In this document: piece after piece, positions 10,403 through 19,899 of the stretch
Position numbering within the stretch: position 1 is the stretch's first letter
How the letters are laid out: the number at the start of each line of letters is the position of its first letter
Origin: Candidatus Poribacteria bacterium
Lineage (GTDB): Bacteria > Poribacteria > WGA-4E > WGA-3G
Assembly (NCBI GenBank): GCA_964291315.2
Contig: OZ219753.1
Coordinates: 1,856,001 to 1,920,000 of the forward strand
Reading direction: 5' to 3'
Length of the DNA stretch: 64,000 nt
Translations under genes and position numbers: made by a program
Notes under the pieces: generated by a model
Told to the model about the DNA's origin: nothing
What the model saw: only the letters and a program-made list of their open reading frames with translations
The model's database searches: none

Positions 10403-10920
10403 ATTATGTTGACCTACTGTCCGATACAATCTATTGTGAACAGGCTGTTAAACAATTAAATAAAATACTAGGGAATGCTAGCATATTTCCTGTGGCATAT
10501 TCACAGATTTACGGGCTGCGCCAAATCGCCAGACAACAGCCCCACAAGGTCCTGCCATTTGCCCAACATCAAAACGAGCGCGCCGAAAAGTTAAACAAGG
10601 CAGCCGAGGTCGACTTTTGGTCTCTGGTGGCAGAACTTTGTAAACCCTACAACCCTTCAGATGCTAACTGGTCTGTTTGTAGAGAAGGCACTAATTATCT
10701 GCCAGAAGGCATACGAGAACAAGATATTCCTCCAAAACGGAAAGGCATGCAGCAAAAAGAGCAAAGTGAGCGCAATCAACTCAGGAAAAAACAAAAAGAA
10801 TGGCTCAAGCAATGGGAAAAAGAACATATTCCAGCGTTTTTTGAACGTTTCTGTACAGAGTGTTTGTATCGGAAAACTATGATCGAAACAGCAGAGCTAA
10901 AAACAGAACACAATGGGTAA
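10399..10920 (+). CDS. Second small helical protein, probable divergent Cas11 paralogue
   Basis: 4-bp overlap (ATGA) with the previous gene; SQIYGLRQI...FAQHQ.ER...FW...CLY echoes the Cas11 pattern. Confidence 0.55.
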   Translation: MNYVDLLSDTIYCEQAVKQLNKILGNASIFPVAYSQIYGLRQIARQQPHKVLPFAQHQNERAEKLNKAAEVDFWSLVAELCKPYNPSDANWSVCREGTNYLPEGIREQDIPPKRKGMQQKEQSERNQLRKKQKEWLKQWEKEHIPAFFERFCTECLYRKTMIETAELKTEHNG

Positions 10921-11000
10921 AACGAAGCTATAGACAGCTGAGAAATGTAAATACGTTTGCATGCAAGACAGGTAAAATCGATAAAAGGAGTAATAATAAT

Positions 11001-11828
11001 ATGCTTCAATTAAAGCAGAAGATCCGCCTTACTGCTTGCTTAGGGTTCGACACCGCCTGGCGCATCGGTTCCGGCAAAGAGGGTGAAACTATGAGCGATT
11101 TGGGAGTAGTCCTTGATCCTAATGGCAGTCCGGTTCTGCCCGGTTCTTCACTCAAGGGAAAATTACGGAGCACTTGCGAAACGTTATCACATGCCCTCCA
11201 TCTGCAAGCCTGCATGTTAAATGAAGACGCAAGCGGGGTCCGCTGTGCCAGTGATGTGAATTATTATCACCGTGTGCGTGGTAATTATCAGAAAACCTAT
11301 CAGGAAGGGGTAAAAAGCCGCCTGCAATGGATTGACGACAACACCTGCGATGTTTGCAAACTCTTCGGTTCGCCAGTACAAGCCGGACGCTTGGCGGTAA
11401 GTGATGGCGAACTACAGGATTGGGCATCCCTTGTGCAGGTACGCGACGGCATTGTCATTGATCGTGATAGTCAAACAGCCGTCGATGGTCTCAAATACGA
11501 CTATGAAGTTATTCCATCAAGCAGCCGATTCCAGCTCTGTATTGACATTGAAAACCCAACTGATTCCGACCAGGCTCTACTCGGTGCTGCTCTGTTTGAT
11601 TGGCACGCCGGCAGCAGTATCGGCGGGTTTACAAGCCGAGGCCTCGGACGCTTCCATCTCAAAGATATCAAAATATTCAATGTCGACATGACAGACGCAC
11701 AGCAAAGAATCAAATTCTTAACGAAAAAAACAACCGAGGAACGTTTCAATCTCTTAGAAAATTGGGAATCTTATTTCACTCAATACATAGATAAGACGTG
11801 TCGGGTTCTAGAGAATGAGGAGGGTTAA
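11001..11828 (+). CDS. cas7: Cas7-group RAMP (Csx7/Csm3-like)
   Basis: WRIGSG, PVLPGSSLKGKLRS, CDVCKLFGS, VRDGIVIDR, IGGFTSRGLGR; ATG 11001 after AAGGAG. Confidence 0.92.
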   Translation: MLQLKQKIRLTACLGFDTAWRIGSGKEGETMSDLGVVLDPNGSPVLPGSSLKGKLRSTCETLSHALHLQACMLNEDASGVRCASDVNYYHRVRGNYQKTYQEGVKSRLQWIDDNTCDVCKLFGSPVQAGRLAVSDGELQDWASLVQVRDGIVIDRDSQTAVDGLKYDYEVIPSSSRFQLCIDIENPTDSDQALLGAALFDWHAGSSIGGFTSRGLGRFHLKDIKIFNVDMTDAQQRIKFLTKKTTEERFNLLENWESYFTQYIDKTCRVLENEEG

Positions 11829-11830
11829 CT

Positions 11831-12808
11831 GTGTTACGAAAATGGTTCTGTCAAGCGGATATAAAAATTATCATTGAACCGGTCGACCCTATACTGATTA
11901 AGAGTGGTTATGCTACTATAGACGGGACGGACATGGTGCCTGTATCAACGTTCAAAGACGGCGATCGCGTCTACTACTTTCCCGGGAGCTCACTCAAAGG
12001 CGTACTGCGCAGCCATCTAGAACGTATCGCTCGCACCCTGCATTCAGGCAGCGTCTGCATCCCTTACTATGACCCTAAGAAAAATATGACAATACCCGCC
12101 GCTGCAGAAGAGACCTCCCACGGCTGTGGATATCGCTCACGCAGCCCTCGGAGCAAGAAGACCTCTGCTACTGCGTACGCCGATTCGTGTGCTACATGCC
12201 GCCTGTTCGGCTCCTTGAAATTTGGCGGACGTTTCAGTATAAGTGATGCCTACCCTTTGTTAGAGCATAAGCCTTCTATTGAATCACGCAACGGAGTAAC
12301 AATAGACCGTTTTACAGGCGGAACTGTACCGGGAGCTCTGTTCGACCTGCAAGTACTTGTAGGCGGACAATTCGCCGCGAACCTCCGTTTGATTAACTTT
12401 GAATCCTGGCAACTTGCAGCGCTTAACCTGTTGTTATTAGATATGGCAGATGAAATGATTACCATCGGCTCCGGACGCAGTAGAGGACTTGGCCGCGTAC
12501 GAATCACCGTTCCTTCGTATTGTCTTTCCTACGTTCGAAATGTTAATAAACTTGTTGGGCTATACCACCTTGTCACCCCCCAGGAGCAAAATGCTTACAG
12601 CTTATACAATTGGACACCTGAAGACGATATCGCCCTACAAAGCCCGCATATACGCGGTCTGCGGCATCAGTACGATCTCAGTGACAATTGGGGTACACTG
12701 CTACAACCGCTCTTACCCGCCTTTGAAAAATTTCTGCAGTGGCACGGGGGCCCTCGCGGGCAAGCACCCCACACCGAGGCTGCCAATAAGAAGGAAATCA
12801 ACCCATGA
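11831..12808 (+). CDS. cas7: Cas7-group RAMP (Csm3-like)
   Basis: PILIKSG, FPGSSLKGVLRS, CATCRLFGS, RNGVTIDRFTGG, IGSGRSRGLGR. Confidence 0.92.
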   Translation: MLRKWFCQADIKIIIEPVDPILIKSGYATIDGTDMVPVSTFKDGDRVYYFPGSSLKGVLRSHLERIARTLHSGSVCIPYYDPKKNMTIPAAAEETSHGCGYRSRSPRSKKTSATAYADSCATCRLFGSLKFGGRFSISDAYPLLEHKPSIESRNGVTIDRFTGGTVPGALFDLQVLVGGQFAANLRLINFESWQLAALNLLLLDMADEMITIGSGRSRGLGRVRITVPSYCLSYVRNVNKLVGLYHLVTPQEQNAYSLYNWTPEDDIALQSPHIRGLRHQYDLSDNWGTLLQPLLPAFEKFLQWHGGPRGQAPHTEAANKKEINP

Positions 12809-13407
12809 CAGATTTTTTGAAAACCGCAGATCTAACACAGAATGTGTTTCTGAAGCTTATTGAAAACCTTCCACTCGATGCCCAAGTATCTACAGGTTAC
12901 ATCTGGCTAGAAGCCGCTGATGGATGGACACTGGACCGCTGGAATTGGGAAATCGGTATTGAAACGGAGATACGTTGGTACCGAGCACGACATGAGCCGG
13001 TAGAAAAATCCGCTAAAGACTGTCTGGCGAAATCCACCGCCGGTCGACTCTTTGCCATGGAGGGCGAGCTACGCTGGCGCACCATCCCCGCACTCGGAGA
13101 AGCATGCTGGCGCACAGTCTTCCTCGGAAATGTTGATTGGGCGGGGCCAACCTTGGAAAATCATTCCCAAGCTTTGAATAATTTGCGTTCACATCAGAAA
13201 AGCTTTTACTTATGGGGACAACAGACACAAGAGACACCCGATGAATGGATTGAACTGCGGATCCCACACCGTTTTCAGTATCCTATTGCAGGCAACCCGC
13301 ATAGAGTCAAAATCCTCACCGAACAATGGGACGATGCCACCGGCGAACCGCACTTCGTCCGACTCTGTACTCTTAAACCCGCAGAGGAGACAACATCATG
13401 CCAATAG
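12805..13407 (+). CDS. csx19: Csx19 (type III-D subunit)
   Basis: GRLFAMEGELRWR, YLWG, E.RIP..FQYP, terminal FVRLC; canonical position before the last RAMP. Confidence 0.8.
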   Translation: MTDFLKTADLTQNVFLKLIENLPLDAQVSTGYIWLEAADGWTLDRWNWEIGIETEIRWYRARHEPVEKSAKDCLAKSTAGRLFAMEGELRWRTIPALGEACWRTVFLGNVDWAGPTLENHSQALNNLRSHQKSFYLWGQQTQETPDEWIELRIPHRFQYPIAGNPHRVKILTEQWDDATGEPHFVRLCTLKPAEETTSCQ

Positions 13408-14477
13408 GAGAAAACTTCTGGAACCCATACCGCTGGGTCACCCTCAGTAATCGCCCCAGCACACACGATACGCCACACTATCATCATACCTTTAGCGCTC
13501 TTTCGGGGCAACTGTGGTGTGAGCTTGAGGCACTAACGCCTTTACTGATTGGGGACCGACGAGTACCCATCCAATTTGTCCGCCACGCTCACAATGGGCA
13601 ACCCTATATTCCAGGTACCTCACTTAAGGGGGCCATACGCTCTTTGGTCGAAGTCCTAGGAAATGGAACCACGCCCCCTGCTAATCATCAGCCGGGCGCT
13701 ACTAATCGTCAGCTGGACACTGCAAGCCGAACTTTCGGCTACTCGGACCGCAGTGACATCTTTACAGGATTGATCCGATTCAGCGATGCGGAAATCTCCG
13801 AGCCAATTACGCCTATGGACATGAGGCAATGGCAGGAGTGGACTGTAGTTGTCGGGGCACCAAAACGCACACACACCGCTTTTTATCCACAAGGCCGAAA
13901 GCACAAGTTTTACCACCATCACCCTGGCGCGATACAACTCGTTCCTCCACATCCGGGTGTTACTCAAACCACTATAGTCAGACCTGCCCCACCCAGGACA
14001 TCTTTCCATTTCACAGTGGACTTTACAAATCTACGCGAAGAAGAACTGAATGTCTTACTCTACAGCCTTGCCCTTGAAGAACAAGTTACTGTCCGGCTAA
14101 GTCCAGAAGCACTCGGTCGAAAGGAAGACAATGAAGGCGAGGAATTCTGCGGGCCCCTCCGCCATAAAATAGGCGGCGCCAAACCACACGGGGCCGGCTC
14201 CGTTCACATTCGGATAACCAAAATGCAATTGTGTCGGGACGCAGCAGCCCGTTACCGAGGCAATACGGCTACCGACATCTTGGAAAAAACAAGCCTCACC
14301 AACGAGATATACGAACGCACTGCAAGCTTTCAAAACCGCACAGACACAACAATGAGAGAACTACGGGCTATGTTGATTTATTCTACCGATGATCCCAGAA
14401 CACCTATTCATTATCCGACGTATAGATGGTTTAATACACAACAAGGCGCACAAACACAATTAAAACCGACCCTCTAA
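13398..14477 (+). CDS. cas7: III-D terminal Cas7-family RAMP (TIGR03986-like, short)
   Basis: FWNPYRWV, LEALTPLLIG, IPGTSLKGAIRS, KFYHH, FTNL...EL, HKIGGAKPHGAGSV. Confidence 0.85.
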   Translation: MPIGENFWNPYRWVTLSNRPSTHDTPHYHHTFSALSGQLWCELEALTPLLIGDRRVPIQFVRHAHNGQPYIPGTSLKGAIRSLVEVLGNGTTPPANHQPGATNRQLDTASRTFGYSDRSDIFTGLIRFSDAEISEPITPMDMRQWQEWTVVVGAPKRTHTAFYPQGRKHKFYHHHPGAIQLVPPHPGVTQTTIVRPAPPRTSFHFTVDFTNLREEELNVLLYSLALEEQVTVRLSPEALGRKEDNEGEEFCGPLRHKIGGAKPHGAGSVHIRITKMQLCRDAAARYRGNTATDILEKTSLTNEIYERTASFQNRTDTTMRELRAMLIYSTDDPRTPIHYPTYRWFNTQQGAQTQLKPTL

Positions 14478-14494
14478 CTAAATACGAACTTACC

Positions 14495-15454
14495 ATGATA
14501 TGCCAAAACTTTCGATTCGCACGCTACCGCTTCACATATACCGTCCAAGAACCCTTGAAAATGCCACAATACAAAGGCAATATCTTCCGCAGCCGATTCG
14601 GATACCTCCTGCGCGAAATCACATGCATCGGCGGTAAAGAACACTGTGTGAACCGTTGTCAGTTTCCAGAACGGTGTGTATATTCCAAATGCTTTGAAAC
14701 GCCAGTCCCAGAGGACAGCCCTATCCTCCGGGGGCAACCCTATGCACCACATCCGTTTATACTCGAACCACCGCTCACACCGAAATTAGACTATAGCCCC
14801 GGCGACATCTTCTCCTGCACGCTGACCCTCGTCGGTAACGCAATTAACCTGTTGGCTTGGCTGGTTTTCGCCTTCCGAGAGATAGGCAAACGACGGATCG
14901 GCATCCGCGGTAAACGCGGGCAATGCAAACTTAACAAAGTCGAAGCACTCCCCGCAAAAGATAACCAAAGCCACCGAACAATTTACACAGCAGAAACCGA
15001 GCTACTCACAGACAACGGGCTAGTGCTCCGACACAACGACGTGATACACCAGATACCTAATTCTGTTAATCAGATTCACCTAGAATTCCTTACGCCCGCG
15101 AGTATCAAAGTCAACGGGAAATGGACCAAAGAACTGACGTTCGAACATCTCATCCGCAATTTGCTCCGACGCATCCGGTTCTTGAGCTACTTTCACTGCG
15201 ACGAGGATTTGAATGTAGACGCTCGCGCGCTCATCGAGAAAGCCTGTCCCGTCATACACGAGTCTAATTTCCGTTGGATCCGAGCTGACCGATACTCCTA
15301 CCGCGCAGGGAGTTCTATACCCATGGGCGGGTTTACCGGTAAAATCCGATTTTCAGGCGAATTAGAACCCTTTCTGCCTTTTATCTATTTGGGGAAGTAT
15401 TTACACATCGGGCATCACACAGCTTTTGGACACGGGCAGTACGTCATTCGGTAA
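14495..15454 (+). CDS. cas6: CRISPR pre-crRNA endoribonuclease Cas6
   Basis: Cys cluster then APHPFILEP, LEFLTP, MGGFTG, C-terminal G-loop HIGHHTAFGHG. Confidence 0.9.
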   Translation: MICQNFRFARYRFTYTVQEPLKMPQYKGNIFRSRFGYLLREITCIGGKEHCVNRCQFPERCVYSKCFETPVPEDSPILRGQPYAPHPFILEPPLTPKLDYSPGDIFSCTLTLVGNAINLLAWLVFAFREIGKRRIGIRGKRGQCKLNKVEALPAKDNQSHRTIYTAETELLTDNGLVLRHNDVIHQIPNSVNQIHLEFLTPASIKVNGKWTKELTFEHLIRNLLRRIRFLSYFHCDEDLNVDARALIEKACPVIHESNFRWIRADRYSYRAGSSIPMGGFTGKIRFSGELEPFLPFIYLGKYLHIGHHTAFGHGQYVIR

Positions 15455-15688
15455 TTGCTAGTAAATCTAAAAAATTAATAAAGCAAGTTTGAAAAAACTT
15501 GGAGTTTAAGGGGACTGAGGCCCTCGTAGCCTTGGAGATATGGCCCCCACGTTCAAATTATAAAAGCCGTGAAATATCTATCAAACTCACGTTATAATAT
15601 ACCTACATCTTTGCGTTTTGTATCACCTAAAAAACGCACAATTTTATTACCAACCTAACCCTTGATTTTCCATAAATGAGGTCCCAGC

Positions 15689-18653
15689 ATGTCAAGAAAA
15701 AAACGCACCGCTAAGCCAAAAGAGGTCCGAGACTACCGACACGACACCGTTACCCGAAAAAATAATCCGCCCGCAGGCATCGCCGCACAAGGGAAGCTCC
15801 AAGAGCCCCCGAAACGGCAATACGCATACAACCCACACCTGCCACCCAACCTCCGAGCCGACCCAGACGCAGACGCAGATAAACTTCCCGAACTCCTCCA
15901 CACCGCACAACAGCGACCACTCTCCGCAGATGAGGCGAAGACGCTCGCCGAGGCACTCCGACACCACGCTCCCTGGCTTGAATGGGCAGGCAAGCAGGAG
16001 AACGCAACAACCTTCAGCGTCGACCCCGTGGCACTCCACATCCATGAGCGCGTCAGCAGCAAAGCGATCCTGAAAACCGCAAAGCGCCAAAACGTCCAAC
16101 GTGAACTCTTCGCCGATCCGCAGCAGGATTATAGCACAGCCGTTGACTTTTACCAGCACGATGTAGATTGGGCGAATCGCCTCATTCTTGGGGATAGTCT
16201 CACAGTGATGAGTTCCCTTGCACAACGTGAAAATCTCGGTGGCAAGGTGCAGATGATCTACATAGACCCGCCGTATGGTATCAAGTTTGCCTCTAACTTT
16301 CAACCGAGTACTTTTCAGCGGGACGTAAGAGAGCGTCCGCAGGACTTGACGCGTGAGCGTGAGCAGATCAAGGCGTATCGGGATACGTGGCGTTTGGGTA
16401 TCCACTCATATCTTGCGTATCTGCGGGATCGGTTGATTGTTGCGAAGGAATTGTTGACAGATAGCGGCAGTATTTTTGTGCAGATGGGGGATGAGAATGT
16501 CCATCGCGTCCGCTGTGTCATGGATGAGGTGTTCGGGAGTGAGAATTTTGTTTCTCAGATCACGTATAAAGTGACTAGCGGTTTTGAACGAAAGTTAGGG
16601 CCGCGCAGAATTCAAGCCCACATTATGTGGTATGCTAAAAAAAAGGAATCGTGTAAATTTCGAAGAATATTTAAGCCTAAAGATGTTGATGGTTTGAATC
16701 TTGATTTATATAGGTACGTTGAACAAGATGGTAATGTTAGAACATTGACGCGCGATGAACGCACAAATCCTGAACAAATTCCTGATGATGCCAGAGTCTT
16801 TAGATCCCTGCCACTCCACACTATGGGAACAGCGAAAAGAGAACCACGGGTGTTTGAAGGAGAGGTATATACGCCTCCGCCTAATACACAGTGGCGACAC
16901 ACAACAGCTGCGTTCGACGTTATGGTAAAATGCAATCGTATTATAAAAGAGGGGAATCGGATCAGGTCCAAATTTTACTTGGGAGATCTCGGTGCCGAAG
17001 AATATAATAATGTTTGGCTTGATACTGGGCCAGAACTCGCTAAATTCTATGTGGCTCAGACTTCATCCAAGGTCATTCAACGCTGTCTCTTAATGACCAC
17101 AGACCCAGGCGATTTGGTCCTTGATCCGACTTGTGGAAGTGGCACAACCGCCTATGTTGCCGAGCAGTGGGGCAGACGTTGGATTACGATTGATACGAGT
17201 CGAGTTGCTGTTACTTTGGCACGTCAACGCCTTTTAACAGGAAGCTTTAATTACTATAGACTCAAGGATGGACCTAAAAATATCACAGGCGGTTTTATAA
17301 ACAAAATCGTTCCACGAGTCACTCTCAAAGATATTGGGCAAAACACTGCCCTGGATCCGATATTTGCCAAGCATGAGCCGATATTGAAAGAGAAGTTGGA
17401 TGCTCTGAACAACAACTTATCACAGATTACCCCCCCCGCTTCGCATAAAACTCCTCGCAAAACTCACCGATAAGCAGAAAAAACACGGCAAAACTGCCAT
17501 CACAGACGCAGATAAACGCCGCTGGCAGCTACCAGATACACATTGGAACGACTGGCAAGTACCCTTCGATACAGACCCCGACTGGCCAAAACCACTACAA
17601 CACGCTCTCGTAGACTACCGCAAAGCGTGGAAAGCAAAGATGAACGATGTCAACGCATGCATCGCCGCAGCCGCCGAAACCGAAGAACTCGTCGATCAGC
17701 CACACATCAACAGAAAGCGAGTGCGTGTCACCGGACCCTTCACCGTAGAGGCAGTGCAACCCGCAGAAGAGTCTCTTCACCTTGATTCACCCATCGCAGC
17801 ACAACCCGAAGAAGTCGATACTACTTTTGATGCCGAGACCGACACGCACGAACCGATCAATGCCGAGGCATACCTCGAACAGATGATACATCACCTCCGA
17901 CACGACGGCGTCCGATTCCCTAATAACAACACATTGACATTCGACACCCTCGACCCCATCGAAGCCGATATCCTCCACGCAGAAGGCACTTGGAAACACT
18001 GCGATACTGAATCCTCCGTCGCCGTCGCATTTGGACCACAGCACGGCCCCATCACCGCAATGCAAGTCGAGGCGTGTCTACCCATCGCCTCCCGCCGCGG
18101 TTATGATGAACTCGTCTTCGCAGGGTTCAGTTTTGACGGCGCGGCACAAGCAGTTATCCAAGACGATCCGAACCCCAGGGTCCGTATCCATATGGCACAC
18201 ATCAACCCGGATGTCGCAATGGGCGGACTCCTCAAGCAGACACCCTCAACCCAGCTCTTTACCGTCTTCGGAATGCCCCGCACAACCCTTGAGGAAGCCG
18301 GCGAAGAGGAATATATTATCAAAATGGAAGGCGTGGACATCTACGACCCGTCAGACAACACCGTGCGCTCTGCGGGTGCGGATAAGGTGGCGGCGTGGTT
18401 TGTGGATACCGACTACGATGGGCGCACGTTCTGCATCACGCAAGCCTTCTTCCCGGACAAGACAGCATGGCAGAAGATCGCCCGTGCCTTGAAAGGCGTT
18501 ATTGATGAAGAGCAGTTTGAGCGGTTCAGTGGCACAACATCGTTTCCGTTCCGTTTTGGACCGCATAAACAGGTCGCAGTCAAAGTCATCGACCCGCGCG
18601 GAAATGAGGTGATGAGCCTGCATAGTTTGGCAGACCCAAGGTATTCCGTATAG
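15689..18653 (+). pseudogene. Type III Mod-like (beta-class) N6-adenine DNA methyltransferase, split by a +1 frameshift near the C8 tract at 17430-17437 (ORFs 15689-17473 and 17640-18653)
   Basis: NRLILGDSL, QMIYIDPPYG, VLDPTCGSGTT; removing one C gives a continuous 987-aa frame (ITPPLRIKLLAK...WQVPFDTDPDWP...RKAWKAKMNDV) ending AVKVIDPRGNE. Confidence 0.85.
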
Positions 18654-18819
18654 GCAGAGTGAACACAGAAGTATCTATCAAACCCACGCCAAATTAATGG
18701 AAAGAAAATAGAGTGCTGTTTCAAACCTACGATTTTCGGACGAAGGTGTTCACGAATTATTGAAATCTGTGTCACCCGGGATTCAGACAATATTTAGGGC
18801 AACTCTTAACTCGCGCTCC

Positions 18820-19023
18820 CTATTGACCTACCATTTTGCGCAGATTCTCAAGCCAATTCTGTATATCAGACTCTTCCACAATACCGAGCCAGAAGAGAAC
18901 CGCAACAATAACGACAACCAAAATTAAGAAACGCCATGTGTGCTTGATAATACCAATTATAAGAAATACAACGCCTATCCCCGCAATTATTAAAAAGAGT
19001 AGAGAGTTAGCTAATTCAGGCAT
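18820..19023 (-). CDS. Small membrane protein (2 TM)
   Basis: 67 aa with two hydrophobic helices; AAGGA RBS; TTGACT...TATACT-like promoter on the minus strand near 19140-19167. Confidence 0.65.
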   Translation of the reverse strand: MPELANSLLFLIIAGIGVVFLIIGIIKHTWRFLILVVVIVAVLFWLGIVEESDIQNWLENLRKMVGQ

Positions 19024-19225
19024 AATTGATTCGGATCCTTGGCGCACACCTTACGACACGCCGGCTTACTCTTCTATGAGGACTAGCGCTACTGTAGGGT
19101 AACAGAAATAGATGAAAGCCCTCAATGATATGCTATCGTAGTATACTAAATACGTAAAAAAAGTCAAGAAAGAGATTTTCACAATAACATTTCCCTTGTT
19201 ATCCTTTGGTTCCTTTGTAAAAAAC

Positions 19226-19254
19226 TTGACATTTCTTCACGTTTCGCGTATAAT
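19226..19254 (+). promoter_or_regulatory. Perfect-consensus sigma-70 promoter for the CRISPR array
   Basis: TTGACA (19226-19231), 17 bp, TATAAT (19249-19254). Confidence 0.85.
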
Positions 19255-19256
19255 TA

Positions 19257-19530
19257 CTTTCTACAACCTTTCCCGCTCGAAGGGAATCGAAACTACATTT
19301 AAGTTCTAAATTGTGTGAGTTGCGTGATATCTGGGTCATCGACTTTCCATAACCTTTCCCGCTCGAAGGGAATCGAAACAAGTAAAGTCAAATATTATGA
19401 ACGGCTCTCTGGATGTCTTTCCATAACCTTTCCCACTCGAAGGGAATCGAAACAATAAAAATAAAAAATATCCGCCAAGGCATGAAACACAAAATTTCCA
19501 CAGCCTTTCCCGCTCGAAGGGAATTAAAAT
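19257..19530 (+). CRISPR. CRISPR mini-array: 4 repeats (37 bp) and 3 spacers (49, 37, 40 bp)
   Basis: Repeat CTTTCCATAACCTTTCCCGCTCGAAGGGAATCGAAAC at 19257, 19343, 19417 and a degenerate terminal copy at 19494; TTCCC/GGGAA hairpin, GAAAC 3' end. Confidence 0.95.
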
Positions 19531-19899
19531 TAACAGGCAGCAATCAGTAAGCGGCAAAAGAGATGTGAGCCCCATACCCGCTTCTGATAGCTAACCTACT
19601 GACACCTTCCGTTTAATCAGAGCAGTCAATACGCACCCCTGAACCCCTCTTGACTCTCTTACCTTTGGCAGCCTGTCTGACATCTTCCACACTTCCGATA
19701 CATCCGAAAATTTAAATTAAAACAGATGACAAATAAATTCGTCTTAAGTAAAATAAATGAGGAATATTGAGTTCTTGTGTAGGTAGAACCTCCAAATTGT
19801 GCAAATAAAACGCAATTTGTCTCAGGCTCTTATTTCCTGACTACCGACCCTTAACCCATAACAACCGAAAACCGATGTTGAAAACAGGGAGATTTTACC

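Noticed and set aside
10860-11000. N-terminal extension of the Cas7 ORF in the ORF track
   Set aside because: Overlaps the upstream gene; a strong RBS and the RAMP start point to ATG 11001
15692-16405. 237-aa minus-strand ORF
   Set aside because: Antisense shadow of the methyltransferase with no recognisable motifs
19294-19493. Spacers self-targeting the cas promoter or genes in this window
   Set aside because: No convincing match seen by eye; only a computational search could exclude partial matches
19199-19575. Minus-strand ORFs with repeated FRFPSSGKGYGK / FDSLRAGK peptides
   Set aside because: Translations of the CRISPR repeats
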